Below the pieces are notes generated by a model, which searched no databases, was not told where the DNA came from, and worked only from the letters and a program-made list of their open reading frames with translations. 64,000 nt of DNA, taken from NCBI RefSeq assembly GCF_001194135.2, contig NC_068990.1:1512775-1576774 (forward strand), read 5' to 3'. The DNA comes from Octopus bimaculoides (Eukaryota). Shown piece by piece: positions 1-13,414 of the stretch; the first letter of the stretch is position 1, and each line of letters starts with the position of its first letter. A program made the translations under genes and the position numbers.

Positions 1-480
1 GTACTTACTGGAAAGTCCGGGATAAGCTACTTCCTGGAAAGTTGCGAGGAATTCCCGGGAAGTTCTAAGTATGGGACTTACTGGAAAGTTACGAGAATTT
101 CCTGGAAAATTCCGAGAGTTGGCCTTCCTGGAAAGTCCCGGAAATGGGGACTTCCTCGAACGTTCCGAGGATGGGATTTCCTGGTAAGTTTCAAGGACGA
201 GCTATGTCATGGAGCCCTCCGAGGAATTCCTAGGAAGTTCCAAGGATTAGCTTCCTGGAAATTTCTGAGGATTTCCTGGAAATTTCCGAGGATAGAACTT
301 CCTGGGAAGTTCCGAGGATGTTACTTCCTGGAAAGTTCCGAGAATGGGACTTCCTGGTAAGGTCCGAGGATAAGCTACTTCCTGGAAAGTTATGAGGATG
401 GGACTTCTCGGAAAGTTCCGAGGACAGGAAGGAATTACTTCCTGGGAAGTTCCGTGGAGGCGAGGAATTACTTCCTGGAA
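1..480 (+). repeat. Diverged minisatellite, about 25-bp unit (gatgggacTTCCTGGAAagttccgag), truncated by the window start
   Basis: Eight exact TTCCTGGAA cores plus variants, seen directly. Confidence 0.9.
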
Positions 481-519
481 ACATTGCAAAGCGTTTAGTG
501 TCGAGTAAAAACCTACAGA

Positions 520-1117
520 ATTGGTCCCTAAAGCAGTAGAATATGTCAGTTTCTCGGACGAGTCATCCTTTACCTTATTTCTGACCAACGGCTGAGTATA
601 CGTGTGGAGACAGCCAAAAGAAGCATTTGACCCAGACTGCCTTCTTGCAACTGTTAAATATGGAGGAAGATCTGTGGTTATCTGGGGGCTGTATCTTGAA
701 AATCTGCTGGCCCAATGGTTTCCCTTTATGGCAGAATTAATAGTCAAGACTAATTAAGCATTTTATCTGATCAAATTCATCCTATGGTTGCGGAACTGTT
801 TCCAGAGGGAAATGCAATCTTTCAAGATGATAATGCACCAATTCACACAGCTGAAGTTGTTACCAAATGGCACGAGGAACATTCTAGTGAAGTTGAACAT
901 CTTATCTGTCCTCCACAGTCCCCAGATCTCAATATTATTGAACATTTATGGTGCATTCTACAAAAACTGCAGAGTGTTTTGGAAACAATTCAAACTTTGT
1001 ACGAGTCCATACCTTGTAGAATTCAAACTGTAATTCCTGGCAAAGGCAGTTCTACCCCATATTAGAATAAAATTGTTTGAAATTTTAAGGTGTTTCCATT
1101 ATTTTGTCCAACCCCTG
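520..1117 (+). mobile_element. Tc1-like transposon 3' remnant: degenerate transposase plus right end
   Basis: Motifs VSFSDESSF ... IFQDDNAPIHT ... PPQSPDLNIIEHLW with stops and frameshifts. Ends ...ttttgtccaacccctg followed by TA. Confidence 0.9.
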
Positions 1118-1386
1118 TATATAGGATTGCTGTTCACTTGTGTCAAGGAAGACCATCATAACCTATTATGAACATTGTGTGCTCAGACAAATTTATACTT
1201 TTCACTTGTGGCTTTACTGGTGACTAACGAACCTAGCTTTTGATAAACGTACATTTCTACTGATATTGCACACCAAGCTTTCCCTATTCATCAGACTGGA
1301 GGTGCATTTTTGAGCATCTTGCTGAAATTCTGAATGAAAAATGTACGTTTTTTATCAAAAGTATCCAAGCACATACATGCTTACAC

Positions 1387-1428
<42 letters not shown>

Positions 1429-2232
1429 ACACACATACACACACACACACACGCATGCACACATGCACGCACGCACACACACACATATACATATGTACAT
1501 ACATACAGACAGACAAGCATACATACTCACATACATATAAACATGCATGTATGTGTGCATGTGTACACATGTACATACATACATACATGCATACACTTTA
1601 ATGAGGTAGAGAAGTTCAAAAGCAAACAGGTGAATAATGAATGAACACAACTAATCCAAGAAATTAATATAAACAGAAGAAAATAGTACTCAACAACAAA
1701 TCTTGTTTTTTAAGGAAATAATTGCTTTATTGAATTATTATGCATTTCCAAACAACAAAAATCAAAACAATAATGTGTACATATGTTTATAACATGTTTT
1801 GGCAGATTGAAACATGAAATAGGATTTTCACTGTTGGATTTCCTCTGAAAGAATGAGTTCTCTCTAGAGATGATGTATGTAAATAAGACACTCAAAGTAG
1901 TCTCACTGGACTATCAGACAGCTAATGTTTCAGTGTGGTTGCACTCCATCAGTGATAGACACAACCTGATTCCTTTGAGATAATTGTGGACAACTGTTCT
2001 TCATTATAGAAATCAGCAAACAAAATATTTGTTGATGCATGCTTAGACCTGCTGGCTGATGCTAATTTATCATGGGTATACAAAACAGGAAGACTAAGAA
2101 GAACAACATTTACATTATACATTCTTAACATATTCTGGTTGACTTAAACGTGAACTTAGCTTTTCATTGTTGGCTTTTTTCTCAGAGAAATCTTTTCTGC
2201 AAATGTATGGGTAGCACACACACGTTTCGATG

Positions 2233-2461
2233 TTGAACCCATTAGCATTCAGATTATTCGGTCAAATGTGATGCTTATTCATTGACATTGTTTTGAACCA
2301 GTTTTGCATTATTTCAAAGCTTTGAGATTTTGATGTGGTAACTGTTAATGTTTAGAATGATATTGTAGGGTTGGTGTGAGAGGCCAAATCTGGTCAGTTT
2401 GAATATAAAGCAGGTAAAATATTGTGGCCGGATATGGCCAGTTTAAATGCTTAAAGGTTAA
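2233..2461. mobile_element. MITE with TTAA-like ends (piggyBac/Kolobok-type non-autonomous element)
   Basis: Left end ttgaacccattagcatt; right end aatgcttaaaggttaa. Related internal sequence recurs near 25610-25760. Confidence 0.5.
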
Positions 2462-4512
2462 TAGTAGGAGTGTTCTCACAGAATTGTTATCACACTGGGC
2501 AAAATGATTAGTGACGTTTCCTCCATCTTTTCATTCTGAGTTCAAATTCTACCAAGGTTGACTTTGCCTTTCATCCTTTTGGAATTGACAAAATGAGTAC
2601 CAGTCAAGCACCAGGGTCAATTTAATTGACATGTACCCTCTCTCGGACTTGCTGGACTTGTGCCCAAATTTGAAACTAGAGTTAGAAATGTTTTGAGATT
2701 TTATTCAAAAGTTTTGTGATGATTTTTGCTGACTAGAAATGTGCTGTAAGAACATAACTGCTTTTATGTATACTATCAAAGTTATGGGATTTTCTTTTTT
2801 GCTTTATGTAAGTTCATTTAAAGTTACACTTCCCAAGAACCAACCAACAATATTAAATGAGGGTTGACAGTACTTACAGCCATAAGCCGTATTTTAGCTA
2901 AAAGCAACAAATTTCATTAACGCTTTTAGTAGTTTGGATATTTCTGGAGAACTGTGAAGTCCCATTTACGAATGAATCAATCACTATTAGCTTTCATAAT
3001 ACGATTCTTTAAATCTTGTATTTCTTTCTCCTTGCTTTCATTATTTTTGGGGATTTGTAGTATTTCTCTCATTCTCTCAAATAGTCAGGATTCTTGATTT
3101 CCCTTTTATATAACAAGCTTACTTATGTTTTGGAGAATACTGAAGATTAGTCTTTTACAGTTTATTACAACATCTAATTAGAAGATCATAAAAGAGAGTG
3201 GTTGATGCACTGATGTCATGTTATTATATTTAATGACATAGTCCTCTATCCTCCCATTTTCTCTTTTTCTTCTCGATAAAGTAAGAAAATGTCTCGTAAA
3301 ATATTCATTTGCAGTATCAACTAATGCTTAAGCTAATATGACAGAAACAATTAAATCAACAGATTTATATTACTACTGTAGTCAATAAAGTAGGGACGAA
3401 TTTTTTTCATTACACTTGTAAAATTATCTTTCCTGGGGAGTTTATATCACTTAAATAAATTTCAAATTGATGTTCATGTGCACAGAGAACAGCAAAAATC
3501 AGAATGATGGCATACATACTCATTCAGCTTTGGCTGAGGGGACATAATGATGTTGAAACATCAAGTGACCCAAAGTCTCCTTGCACAAATGAAGTGAATG
3601 TGTTATGGACACACATTTGTCTGAAAGAAATTGTTCTTCAGTACTGATGAAATACAACAGTAATTATCATATTGATTTCCAAATCTATCAGAACATATTA
3701 AGAATGAATATGAATGTCAAATTTCAAATATAATACAAGTAAATGAAAAATAAGAAAATGGAGATATAGCATTTAATAAAGATTTATTATCAGAAAAATC
3801 AAACATAGTCCCTTACAGCTGTTTCAATTGAGCCCAATGAAGATTAAATAAATATTATTAAAATCATTGGGGGGGGGGGGCAAAATCTCTTCAGATGGGC
3901 AGAAAAGTTGTACTCTTAGGTTTTTTATGTGTTGTATTATAGAATCATCACAGTAGACGCATTTCAATGATAATAAACCATGGTTTATATACAAACCTAT
4001 TATTTTATGAATATTATTCCCAATAAATATTATGTATTGAACAATTCCTTGTATGATACCATCTCTTAACGAGGCTAATTTAACCTCTAATTGAATATAA
4101 AACAGGCAATATTTTCATTCCCAGTAGCAGACAGTTCTATACTTCTACAGTTAATCAAACTGTATCCTTGTTTAAGATTTTTAATCATTTATCTTTTACT
4201 TGTTTCAGTCATTAGACTGCAGCCATGCTGGGGTTCCACCTTGAAGAAATTTTAGTTGAATGGATTAACCCTATTACTTATCTTTTAAGGCCTGCTTATA
4301 TTGGTGCCTTTTGTTGAATCACCAGATTACAAGGAACATAAACAAATCAATACCAATTGTCAAGCAGCAGTGGGAGACAAACAAAGACACAAAAACACAC
4401 ATACAAGCATGCACATGTACGTGCGCGTGCACACACACACATACACAAACACACACACAAAATAGGATATGCAGACTCACTAAAGCTTTAGACAAGAGGT
4501 CTTTCAGTATTT

Positions 4513-4687
4513 CTATTGTCTTTTGGGTTCAAAGTTCTTCAGTGTTAGAATTGATTCCTCATCCAGTTTAACACCAACGTTTGGTCCTTGGAGATCTTCA
4601 GCAGAACTCATGCTTTTGCAAACATTGAGGTCAGGTTTCAAGTTTGATGCTCTCTTTCCCCCCNNNNNNNNNNCCAATTTTAAAGTC
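4513..4687 (-). CDS. Candidate terminal exon of the putative antisense gene
   Basis: On the - strand: acceptor tttttaaatgtcttcag|, then after a 10-N gap an open frame GGKRASNLKPDLNVCKSMSSAEDLQGPNVGVKLDEESILTLKNFEPKRQ*. The frame across the gap is unresolved. Confidence 0.28.
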
Positions 4688-5139
4688 CTGAAGACATTTA
4701 AAAATAAAGGATCATAGGTGATTGCTCTTTCCTTTGTTGATTATACTTGGAAATACCAAGATTTTCCCGATTCGAAACATTGTTAGTTATTAAAACAGTT
4801 AAACCAATTTATAACAGATATGTTGTTATTGCATAATTGAAGCAAAATAATATATTTAATTTTTCAAAAGAAAAAGAAAAAATCCAAAATCTAAAATGAT
4901 TTTAACTAAATTATTTTTTCTTTGTTGGATTCATTAATTTATATATTGGGTGATTTTGGAAATTATCATTATGGCATTTATAACTGATACAAAATTGAAA
5001 GGGAGCTAAATATTCCACTCCATTTTGATATGATTGTCTGTGTTTTTTGGTGTTAAGCTGAGTGGTGTGGTATATAAAGGGTAGTTGGATGATTTTGTGA
5101 GTTATACGTTAATTGTATGCGTGAATATGTAAGTTTGTA

Positions 5140-5503
<364 letters not shown>

Positions 5504-6021
5504 AATATTTGAGGGAAGTGCACTTCTGAACCACACAACCATGCATGCACTTAAGCCTCATATTCACCAGCTGATGCTTCACAATAGTATGTTTGTTTCA
5601 TTGTCTTCTCTAAAAGGCCAGACAAAATCTCTAATGGAAGTAGAGCAGCACAGAAAGTGAATAATCACATGACAATAGGTTAAGAGGGAAGATGAGTTCA
5701 CTCATGTGGCTATTTGTATGTTCTAAGCTTTAGTAGTGAGAAGTATCGTTTGGGACAGGGGTTGAATAATGTGTGCTGTTAGTAAAGATGTAAAATAATG
5801 AGAAAAATAAAGTGGAAGGGATACAGAGAAAGGGAGGAAAAGACGGAGGGGAGAAAGAGAAAGGATATCAATCGGGCCAATGTAGAGTAATTGGTTGAAT
5901 TCAGAAGCCTATGGGGAAGCATTAAAAGTAACAGTTATGTATAAATAGTGAAGGTACTTTTGCTTTGAGTTTAGTATATGGAATCACATAATTATGTTGC
6001 TATAGCTAACATTAGGCATAA

Positions 6022-6428
6022 GAATGGCTGTGTGGTAAGTAGCTTGCTTACCAACCACATGGTTCCAGGTTCAGTCCTGCTGCGTGGCACCTTGGGCAAG
6101 TGTCTTCTACTATAGCCTCGGGCCAACCAAAACCTTGTGAGTGGATTTGGTAGACGGAAACTGAAAGAAGCCTGTCATATGTATGTATGTATATATATAT
6201 GTGTGTGTGTGTGTACATTTGTGTGTCTGTGCTTGTCCCTCCCTACATCACTTGACAACCGATGCTGGTGTGTTTACGTCCCCGTAACTTAGTGGTTCGG
6301 CAAAAGAGACTGATAGAATAAGTTCTAGGCTTACAAAGAATAAGTCCTGGGGTTGATTTGATCGACTAAAGGCAGTGCTCCAGCATGGCCACAGTCAAAT
6401 GATTGAAACAAGTAAAAGAGTAAAAAGA
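6022..6428 (+). mobile_element. tRNA-derived SINE family A (representative copy)
   Basis: Head tggctgtgtggtaag (A-box-like) and ggttcagtcc (B-box-like), a cttgggcaagtgtctt core, internal microsatellite, and tail ...gaaacaagtaaaaga. Other copies or fragments near 4190-4500(-), 12635-13245(-), 16800-17035, 39760-40020(-), 46560-46780, 51642-52070, 54395-54560, 59290-59570, 63100-63345 and 63700-63920. Confidence 0.85.
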
Positions 6429-7907
6429 ATATTAACATTAAGAAAAAGGTTTAGTAATCAATGATACATCATCATCTTTTAACGTCCGCTTTCCATGCTG
6501 GCATGGGTTGGACGATTTGACTGAGGACTGGCAAACCAGATGGCTGCACCAGGCTCCAATCTGATTTGGCAGAGTTTCTACAGCTGGATGCCCTTCCTAA
6601 TGCCAACCACTCCGAGAGTGTAGTGGGTACTGGCAACAGCCAGGCTCAAAATGGTGTATTTTACGTGCCACCTGCACAGGAGCCAGTCCAGCGGCACTGG
6701 CAACAACTTCACTCAACTGTCTTTTCACGTGCCACCAGCCTTATATCTAGAGTAGAAAAGAATAATAATAATATTAATAATGAATAAATAAAAATAGAAT
6801 AAGGTAAATATAATAATTGTTTCTGATAGAAGCACAAGGTCAGCAATTTTTCAGGAAGAGATTATTCAATACCATTCATCCAATTACTTGACCGGTACTT
6901 TATTTTATCAACGCTAGAGGGATGAAAAGCAAAGTTAACCTCAACAAGATTCGACCTCAAAGCATAAAACAATCAAAAGAAATGCTGCGTCAATGATTCT
7001 GTCTGCTCATTTCCATTATAATTAAATATATGATAAATTTAATAAAGCAATTCTGTGTGTCTAATATGAGGAATGTATATAATATGCATCCTGTTATATT
7101 AGTCGAGCTTGTGTTCTCATCTTGATTGGTGCTTTCACTGTTTTGGGTGTTGTATGCTTCAGCCTTCTTCAGGTACCTTGTGTCAAACTTGGTTGCTTTA
7201 TTGGAATTTTGAACCTAAGCCTTTATTTGGTCCACAGTGGCAGCTGTCCTCATTTGGCTTTCTACATTTCATGATATTTCTTGCTTCAGCTGATTTTTTG
7301 GTAAATTCACCATAGTGTCTTGCCCGGGATAGAACTTAAAACCTGCAGATGACTGCATTGCACTAACCAACATGTTTTTCCACTACACTGTACCAGTCTG
7401 ACTAATGTAAATACTGTACAAAATGTGATAAAATCTAAAAAAAAAAACTGACTAATGATAAATATAATAATGATAAAATAATACTACACAAACAGTTAAT
7501 GTAGTATTTTAAAAAATAGTAATAAAGTCCACATTTACTGAACACATATATGTTTAGGCTCATACATATATTTATACATACATCTAATGGAGTACATGGG
7601 TGTATGCATATATATATATATATATATATATATAATNNNNNNNNNNNNNNNNNNNNNNNNNNNNNNNNNNNNNNNNNNNNNNNNNNNNNNNNNNNNNNNN
7701 NNNNNNNNNNNNNNNNNNNNNNNNNNNNNNNNNNNNNNNNNNNNNNNNNNNNNNNNNNNNNNNNNNNNNNNNNNNNNNNNNNNNNNNNNNNNNNNNNNNN
7801 NNNNNNNNNNNNNNNNNNNNNNNNNNNNNNNNNNNNNNNNNNNNNNNATATATATATATATATATAATGTATAAATTATATATATATATATGTGTGCTTA
7901 ATATTAC

Positions 7908-7978
7908 CTTATTCTTCTTTTGAACAATTTTATTTGTTGTGTAACTGTAATTCTTCTCTGGTGCACAAGGAAAATATC
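7908..7978 (-). CDS. Candidate 71-nt internal exon of the putative antisense gene
   Basis: On the - strand: acceptor gtaaatgttttcag| and donor AAG|gtaata. Two frames are open: (G)YFPCAPEKNYSYTTNKIVQKKNK or DIFLVHQRRITVTQQIKLFKRRI. Confidence 0.3.
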
Positions 7979-8294
7979 CTGAAAACATTTACGTCTATTA
8001 TTACCTAGTTTATGTTTATATCTATGTTTTCCCCCCATTAGATTCCAAATGTGCTTTGATAAAGCTGTTGCATCCCTCCTGTATATATTTCAGAATGTGT
8101 GTGTAGGCTTCATGTATCTGTTTTTTAATGTTTCATTTGGGTTTGTTGCTTTGATATAGTTTTTATTATTTTTCTATCTTATAATATGGTTACCTTTTAG
8201 ATCACTATTTTCAAAGTGATTTCCACTTAATGAGCAGCATTGTTTTGATATGTTCCAGTTACATCTATCAAAATCAGCTTACACGTTGTAAATC

Positions 8295-8475
8295 TCTGAC
8301 ATAACACTAAATCTAACCACTAGAAAACATTATTCTTATAAAAAAAAAAAAATTGTGTTACTATATGTATAAACAATGATTCCAAGTCCCCGCTTTTCAA
8401 TAATGAAAAATCTTGTCAGTCGCATCAACCAGAGAATTTCCACAATTTCCTCTGGAAAAACCATATCCAGCTATG
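8295..8475 (+). mobile_element. Penelope-like retroelement RT C-terminal remnant
   Basis: DITLNLTTRKHYSYK...SIMKNLVSRINQRISTISS resembles the Penelope DITLNL...YxPYxK...H/PPxIxKNL...IxRRISxLSS region (recalled consensus). Confidence 0.6.
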
Positions 8476-9231
8476 TATCACGATTCTATTGCGGGTCCCT
8501 AAAAGTGAGCTTCCTCATGCTTAAAGCATATAATCTAATCCCGGAACCAAAGAACCAGGAAAAAAGGTAAAAAAACATCATGAAATTCAACTCACTCTTC
8601 AACATAAATTAAATCATTATTATTGTTGTTGTTGCTAAGGTGATGAACTGACCGAATCGTCAGCACACTGGGCAAAATGCTTAAGTGGCATTTCTCCCAT
8701 CTCTACTGAGTTGAAATTCTGCCATGGTTCATTTTGTTTTTCATCCTTTTGGGAGTTGATGAAATAAATACCAGTTGAGCACTGAAGTCAATGTAATTGA
8801 CTAGCTGCATCCCACAAAATTTCAGTGATATATTGTAGTGAAAGGAGACTAGAATCTGAAAACTAAGACTCCATTAAATTTGTAATATTTCAGTTTTGAA
8901 AGAGTTTTGAAAGAATCAAGTATTTTCTGGGTGAGAAGAGTTTTCCTTGGACATAGATAGTACCAAGGAGAACAAATTCTTGTAGTTCTGATACTTTTGG
9001 GTTTCATGGTATTTAAACATAGTGTTGAAGAGTGCCATTTGATATTATTTCCAAAGCTCTGATTATCACAGATGCAGCTGTCATTCTTAGATGCCACATT
9101 TTGGAAACCTCTATTTCAAAGTCCTTGTATTTACTTAACTTTAAAAATGCTTTTTACAGAAGTTCTGCTGTTTGCTGTAATTAGCATATCTATTGTTATT
9201 GTTGTTGTGGTTGAGTGCCAAAATTTAAAGC

Positions 9232-9279
<48 letters not shown>

Positions 9280-9430
9280 TATTATTATTATTTAAAAGCA
9301 CCATTTGAGCGCGATCATTTCCAGCTTTGCCTTACTGGCACTTGTACTGGTGGCATGTGAACAAAACATTGGACTGACTCCTGTGCAGGTGGTATGTAAA
9401 AAACACCATTTGAGTGTACTGCATCAGGGC

Positions 9431-9484
<54 letters not shown>

Positions 9485-9559
9485 GTGATATGTATTATTA
9501 TTGGTCTGTGCATGTGATATATTGGAATATAATATAATAAAATATTATTTGTTTCTCAG

Positions 9560-9688
9560 GAGCCAATATTTCTGGATGTTTTGGGAACATGCCACAGTGG
9601 TCAGGTCAAGCCATACTTCTTAGCATATAAACACATAAGAAGTTATCAGTACAAGGTCAGACAAGGTTTTGGAGCATATCCACCTGAT
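9560..9688 (+). CDS. CFAP65: CFAP65 (CCDC108) internal coding exon, 129 nt, phase 0-0
   Basis: Acceptor tttgtttctcag|GAG and donor GAT|gtaagt. Translates EPIFLDVLGTCHSGQVKPYFLAYKHIRSYQYKVRQGFGAYPPD, which aligns without gaps to human CFAP65 [43 protein letters not shown] (recalled, not searched). Confidence 0.9.
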
Positions 9689-9743
9689 GTAAGTCTCTAT
9701 TTTTGTTAAATTGATCTGTTTTGCCTGTCAAGATAGATGATTA

Positions 9744-9944
9744 CCATATTTTCTGGCGATTTAGAAGTACATAGTATAAACGTGTCGTGTAAATATTCAG
9801 ACATTGTCGTTACCTTTCCAAATTCTGCTGCATCTCATATCGTGATTTTGGTTCTCCAAAGTCATCTTGCTGCATAAGTTGACCTACCTATTTTGACTGT
9901 AAACGTTGATTTGAAAAATTCAACTTGTATGCCAGAAAATATGG
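9744..9944. mobile_element. pogo/Tigger-like MITE
   Basis: TIRs CCATATTTTCTGGC ... GCCAGAAAATATGG, flanked on both sides by TA. Confidence 0.75.
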
Positions 9945-11256
9945 TAGCCTGTTCTAAACTGAGATGGGGTGGGTGTAGAAGGGTGATGGTGGTGTGAGTA
10001 ATCTCTATGCTTAGTCTTTCCTAACCAAAATATCAACCCTCTGGAATTTTCTCACTGCTCATACCATTCTTGCAGATGTTGACTTGCAAGTGTTTAAATG
10101 GGACGTTACTAACATTTTTGTTGTGCAAGACATTTGGTGACCCTATCGTTGCTGGTGCCACATAAAAAAAACACTGGTGCTGGTGCCATGTAAAAAGACC
10201 ACATAAAGGCCACTGGTGATGGTACTTCATAAAAAGCAGCTGTACTAGTGCCATGTAAAAAGGTGGTGCTGGTGCCACATAAAAAGTACTGATGTTAGTG
10301 CCATATAAAAAGTACCCAGTGCACTTTGTAAAGTGGTTGGAGTTAGGAAGGGCATTCAGCTGTTGAAACCATGCCCAAACAGATAATGGAACCTAGTGTG
10401 GATCCTGGCCTTGCCAACTCTTTTCAAACCATCCAGCTTATGCCAGCATGGAAAATGGATGTTAAATGACGATGATGATGATGAAGTTCATCAATCTCAG
10501 AGGGCCTGCAATGGTCATGGGTACAGCTTCTTCTTTCAGAATCAACAAGTTAAAAACAAAAAAAAAAAAGACTTAAGTGGTGAATTAATTAGATTGTTAG
10601 TATATTTGGAATTTTTTTTTTTTTNNNNNNNNNNNNNNNNNNNNNNNNNNNNNNNNNNNNNNNNNNNNNNNNNNNNNNNNNNNNNNNNNNNNNNNNNNNN
10701 NNNNNNNNNNNNNNNNNNNNNNNNNNNNNNACAATCATGGGTGCTGCTCATCTCTCTCTGACTAATTGGTAGAAAATAATGGAAATACTGAGTGATTACA
10801 TCTCATTCTTCTAGTAGAATGTTAGACTACCAAGATTGTAAATGCAATTTATTTACAAGAATCCACTAAAAAAAAAATAAGATCTTGCAATTCATGGAAA
10901 CTAAAAAAGATTTGAAAGAAACATTTAACTGTTCTTTGTCTCTACTTATTTATTCCTTCTTTTTCTTTTTTATTTTATTTTGTTTTATGTGTTCATTATT
11001 TTTGTATCTTATTTTATATACAGAATATTATATGCCATTCTCAGACTGTCATAGGTTACCAGCATTGCAAGCATGCTTAACTTGATTAAATAAATAAAGT
11101 AAAAGAAATAGGGATGAAATTTTCAAGTGTTGAAGAAAAAAAGGAAAGGAAAATAATAAAAATTGAATACATATAAATATATATAACCGATACTTCATCC
11201 AAAAATTTTGTGTAATTCTGTTGCTAAATTTGGTCTATTTCATTAACATCTCATAC

Positions 11257-11356
11257 CTACATTTCTTATATTGGTTCGTTGTCATCATTTCTGTCTGGTG
11301 GCCATTTCTATTCAGCTGTTGAACATCATATGACAAATTATTGTTTTCTGACATTG
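11257..11356 (-). CDS. Candidate first coding exon of an unidentified antisense gene nested in a CFAP65 intron
   Basis: On the - strand: acceptor tgattgcttttcttgttag|, ATG at 11354, open frame MSENNNLSYDVQQLNRNGHQTEMMTTNQYKKC, donor TAG|gtatga. The sequence is non-repetitive. No homology recognised. Confidence 0.4.
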
Positions 11357-11799
11357 CTAACAAGAAAAGCAATCAGACACATTCAGACAGGAAATTGCCA
11401 GTCTCTCTGCTAGGTTTCTGCTGAAAATTAAAGAAAAAAAAAAAAAAAAATCAGAAACAAACAAGACAAGACAAAAACAGCAAAAACAAAATTGAAATAA
11501 ATATCTGAGATGGAATGAAATAAATCCTAAATGTATTAGATTCATTATTTTATTATTTATTGTCTATGTTTGTGCCAATGCTACAGGTTCCCAATGAAAC
11601 AAGCACTGGTTCGTTGTATTCCTTATGGTGACTGTGCTGAGAGAGTGTGTGCAGTTTGATGTAGAACAAATATTGCAAAGAATTTAATTTGAAAAGCATC
11701 CAGCATTTTGCTTACATGATCCTTTGGTGAAAGACATATATACATACATATATATATACATAAACTTAAAGAAGCTTGTCATGTATATTATATACGTTT

Positions 11800-12075
11800 C
11801 CTCTTCAAAGAGACAAAACCGAGTCAAGGAAATACTGAAAGCCAGCAGTGTTGAGCCTAAATCAGTTGAAATGCAAGCCTGAGATCATACCAAATGGTAG
11901 TGTTCCATCACCATCAGAACCAAAATCTTTGAAGCCACAAGAATAGAAAAGAAGAAATTAAACAACAGAAGAGAAAGACATGACAAAACCAGCCTTATCC
12001 TCCACCAATGGCACTGACTGCATTGCCATTGGCTCTTCTATGCAAGAATTGATCTAAAGAGTTATCAATAATATC
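11800..12075 (+). mobile_element. RTE-clade LINE ORF C-terminal remnant
   Basis: KEILKASSVEPKSVEMQA*DHTKW*...TKIFEATRIEK followed by a decayed finger (...FYARIDLKSY), typical of RTE C-termini. Confidence 0.6.
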
Positions 12076-12128
12076 ACCATAAAGGAAGTGTTTAGCAGAG
12101 AAGAAAATAAATACTCAGATACAAGATA

Positions 12129-12165
<37 letters not shown>

Positions 12166-12204
12166 AGTGTGAGTGTGTGTGTGAGTGTGAGTGTGAGTGT
12201 GTAT

Positions 12205-12386
12205 ATTTTAAGATCGACAAAGATCAGAACTTAACTGCAGCTCTTGGTGGTCCAAATTGGATATGCAATCTATGTGGGTGTCTTTTCAAAACATTGACTG
12301 GTTTAAAAAGCCACATCAGACGCCATGATGGATCTCAGGCATAAGTACAGGGGTTGGTCAGACTCTACATAAGGAGTAGACAACCA

Positions 12387-12390
<4 letters not shown>
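12205..12390 (+). mobile_element. RTE-type LINE extreme 3' end with an intact C2H2 finger
   Basis: WICNLCGCLFKTLTGLKSHIRRH...*, then a short 3' UTR ending aggagtagacaaccatc and (CA)n. Homologous to 50285-50450(-). Confidence 0.7.
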
Positions 12391-12447
<57 letters not shown>

Positions 12448-12456
12448 TATATATAT

Positions 12457-12517
<61 letters not shown>

Positions 12518-13258
12518 TACAAACACATACAAACACACACACACTCACATACACACACACATTCAAATATACAAATGATATATATACATATGTATATATG
12601 TACACATACCTGTATGCATATTAGCCATATAGGTAATCTTTATATTCTTTTACTTTTTTCAGTTATCTGACTCCAGCCATGCTGGAGCACTACCTTTAGT
12701 CAAACAAATCGCTCCCAGGATTTATTCTTTGTAAGCCTAGTACTTACTTTATCAGTTTCTTTTGGTGAACTGCTAAGTTACAGGGACGTAAACACACCAA
12801 CATTGGTTGTCAGGCGATGGTGCAGGGACAAACACAGACCCACAANNNNNNNNNNNNNNNNNNNNNNNNNNNNNNNNNNNNNNNNNNNNNNNNNNNNNNN
12901 NNNNNNNNNNNNNNNNNNNNNNNNNNNNNNNNNNNNNNNNNNNNNNNNNNNNNNNNNNNNNNNNNNNNNNNNNNNNNNNNNNNNNNNNNNNNNNNNNNNN
13001 NNNNNNNNNNNNNNNNNNNNNNNNNNNNNNNNNNNNNNNNNNNNNNNNNNNNNNNNNNNNNNNNNNNNNNNNNNNNNNNNNNTATATATAAATATCAAGT
13101 TTCTTTCAGTTTCTGTCTACCAAATCCAATAACAAGATTGGTTGGTGTGAGGCTATATTAGAAGACAATTGTCCAAGGTGCCCTCAGTGGTACTGAACCT
13201 GGAACCATGTGGTTGAGAAGCAAGCTTTTTATCACACAACCACATACATACATATATT

Positions 13259-13300
<42 letters not shown>

Positions 13301-13414
13301 CACCAGCATTTGCTGTGGTTAGCCACCACTGAAAACCGATTTAAGTAAAAACACAGTAACAGCTAGGACTATATTTCCCTCTGAAACTATTTTTGGAAAT
13401 ATATATAAATATAC

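Noticed and set aside
1-480. Regularly spaced repeats as a possible CRISPR array
   Set aside because: The units are degenerate, the spacers are not unique and are too short, there are no cas genes, and the context is a eukaryotic intron.
230-747. - strand ORFs with repeated NFPGS/ELSRKS motifs, which resemble a repeat protein
   Set aside because: Conceptual translation of the TTCCTGGAA minisatellite plus antisense Tc1. The same pattern appears at 49.9 kb in mixed frames.
1284-1650. HT-, YI- and CV-repeat ORFs here and at many other loci
   Set aside because: Translations of (CA)n, (TA)n and (TG)n microsatellites.
1949-2131. - strand 60-aa ORF with a good acceptor near 2096
   Set aside because: Weak donor, no homology, and a length compatible with chance; not added to the antisense model.
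2870-3165. - strand coiled-coil-like frame (LFERMREILQIPKNNESKEKEIQDLKNRIMK) and nearby gtaag donors
   Set aside because: Bounded by in-frame stops; only speculative microexon chains could be built.
6022-6100. tRNA-like A/B boxes as a tRNA gene
   Set aside because: No cloverleaf, and it continues into a SINE body repeated many times.
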